Assembly (NCBI GenBank): GCA_963806225.1
Contig: CAWDXG010000004.1
Span: 1,792,001-1,856,000 of the forward strand
Reading direction: 5' to 3'
Length of the DNA stretch: 64,000 nucleotides
From: an uncultured delta proteobacterium
GTDB lineage: Bacteria > Myxococcota_A > Polyangia > Polyangiales > Polyangiaceae
The position numbers and the translations under genes are program-made. The notes under the pieces were generated by a model, which had not been told where the DNA came from, did no database searches, and saw only the letters and a program-made list of their open reading frames with translations. Positions within the stretch are counted from its first letter, which is position 1, and every line of letters begins with the position of its first letter. Shown here piece by piece: positions 62,175 through 64,000 of this stretch.

Positions 62175-64000
62175 ATGCGACGAAAACCCAACGAAGACCG
62201 CGCATTTTCTGCGCTCGGCTGGCTGGCGACGCCGGTGCGATCGCTCAGAGGCCGGTTCTTCGCGCTTCTGGTGGCCCTGGCTGTGCTCGCGCTCGGGCCG
62301 TGGCTGGTCTCGCGGCAGGCCCATCACAATGTGACGGGCTTCGCGCGCGAAGTCGATCTGGCCGGTTCGCTCCGCTATCGACTGCTCGAGATCGAAGAGC
62401 ATCTGGCGCGACCGGGGCCGGTCCCGCCCGAGCGCGCGAACGAGGTGCGGCACCTGCTCCGGGACCAGCGCGCGGTCCTCGCCGAGCTCGTCGACGGGGA
62501 TATGGCGCAGGGAGTGCCCCCCTGTCCCGACGCGCGCGCCTGCCGGCAGCTGCGCAGGCACCTGGATCGCTGGGACCACGTGCTCGCACCGCGCTTCACG
62601 GCCGCGTTGCAGAACGGGTTGTCGTCCGACACCGCGGCGGCCGTGCACGACGAGCTGGGAGAGCTCGACCACACCGTGCAGGACATTGCGGACACCCTGC
62701 AGACGCGGGCGGCCGGCATCACGACGGTCGGCACGGCCGCGGGCGCCGCGTCGCTGCTGTTGGTCATTGTCATCGGCTTCAGCGTGTGGGAGGTGTTCGG
62801 GCGCATCCGGCGGCTGCGCACGGCTACGCAACAGAGCTCCGAACAGGCGCTGCTGCGCGAGGCGTCGGGCGACAACGAGCTGGCGACCCTGGCGCAGGCC
62901 CTTTCGGACGGGCTGCGCGCAGCGCGGGCGGGCCGCGAAGCGGATCGGCGCCACGTGGAGGAGCTGCGACAGCAGCAGGAGGCGGCACGCAGCTTCGTCC
63001 AGGCGCTGAACGGCTGGATCGCCGGGGTGGACGAGATGGACCCGGCACTAGAGCAGATGGCGCGTGTAGCGGGCTACGAGAGCGCGCGACTCGAGTCGGT
63101 GCCCGGCGACGCGCACGACTACGCCGCCGAGTTCGTGAACGACGCTGACCGCGTCATCCCGCTCGCCTGGCGTGACGAGCCGCTGTGCGCGCTGATCCTC
63201 CAGGGAGAGGCCACCGCTTCGGAATCCAGCCGCCGCCCGCTTCTAGTCGACACGCTGGCGCAGGTGCTTACGCTGGCCTGCCTGTCGCGCAGGGTGCTGG
63301 GCGAACGCGAGCGGCGCGCGGAAATCGCGAGCTCGCTGGCGGGCGTGGCTTCCCTTGGAGCGGGCCCTTCGGTGCTCGGTGGATCGCTCTTCCAGCTCAT
63401 CCGCTACGATCGCGCCCAGCTGACCGCGTCGATGACGCGGGCCGGCCCGTGGACTCGTGGCAGGTCGACCAACGCGAGCTCCGCCTGCTGCCGCTGCCCG
63501 GATCCGTCGAGGTGCCGGGTGAACCCACGGCGCTCGACAGCCCCGTTGCGAGCCCGCGTTCGCCCGCGCTCCTCTTGTTGCCGCTCAAGGTCGGCGGCCA
63601 CACGGTCGGCATGCTGACCCTGGAGCGCGCCGCCGGGGGCTTCACCACGCAGGACTGCGAGACCGCCGCCGGGCTCGCGCCGGTGCTGGCGTCGGCGCTG
63701 CTGCGCATGCAGCTGACGGAACGCCTGCGCGCCTCGGAGCAGTGGACCACCATCGGCGCGTTCGGCCGCATGCTCGCGGACGAGCTCCGCAATCCGCTGA
63801 ACGGGCTGTCGCTGCAGGTGCAGCTGTTCGAGCGCAGGCTGGACCGCCTGCCCGCTTCGGTGGCGGACCGCGACCGGCTCCGGACGCGGATCGGCGCCAT
63901 CCATGACGAGCTGTCGCGGATGGAGACGCTGCTCAGCGAATACCTGAGCATGCACCCGACCGCGGGCGAGCTGAAGCTCGAACACGTCGACCTCGGACAA
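62175..64000 (+). CDS. Paralogue of the 3665-5956 sensor (frameshift near 63425; 3' end outside window)
   Basis: Collinear with copy 1 (RSLRGRFFALLVAL, DLAGSLRYRL, EQWTTIGAFGRMLADELRNPL); one C missing in ACC-CGC. Confidence 0.9.

Overview
High-GC bacterial DNA. The Gly/Cys-rich lipoproteins, ECF-FecR module, Ser/Thr kinase and sigma-54 signalling suggest Myxococcota (Polyangia-like); this is an inference. No rRNA, tRNA, CRISPR array or transposase was recognised. The most notable part is the first ~13 kb, a candidate electron-transfer island. It holds a NapC/NirT-like membrane cytochrome (cut by the window edge), a membrane-anchored cytochrome with 34 CxxCH motifs, a NarX-P-box-like sensor whose phospho-acceptor His is replaced by Asp, a membrane kinase plus NtrC-type sigma-54 activator, and a sigma-54-driven operon encoding a Cyc2-like cytochrome-porin with two blue-copper lipoproteins. 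A paralogue of the His-to-Asp sensor sits at the far end, divergent from an acs-pdhABC-ACP operon, and sigma-54 (-24/-12) motifs precede several of these units. The middle holds beta-oxidation genes, cystathionine beta-synthase, a GH13 glucosidase, ABC and P-type transporters, a HerA-like ATPase, a knottin-like repeat lipoprotein, a methyltransferase resembling fungal sphingolipid C9-methyltransferases, and an atypical-composition segment. Many genes, mostly beyond ~47 kb, carry small indels that look like long-read assembly errors. All family calls come from reading motifs by eye; no database search was run.
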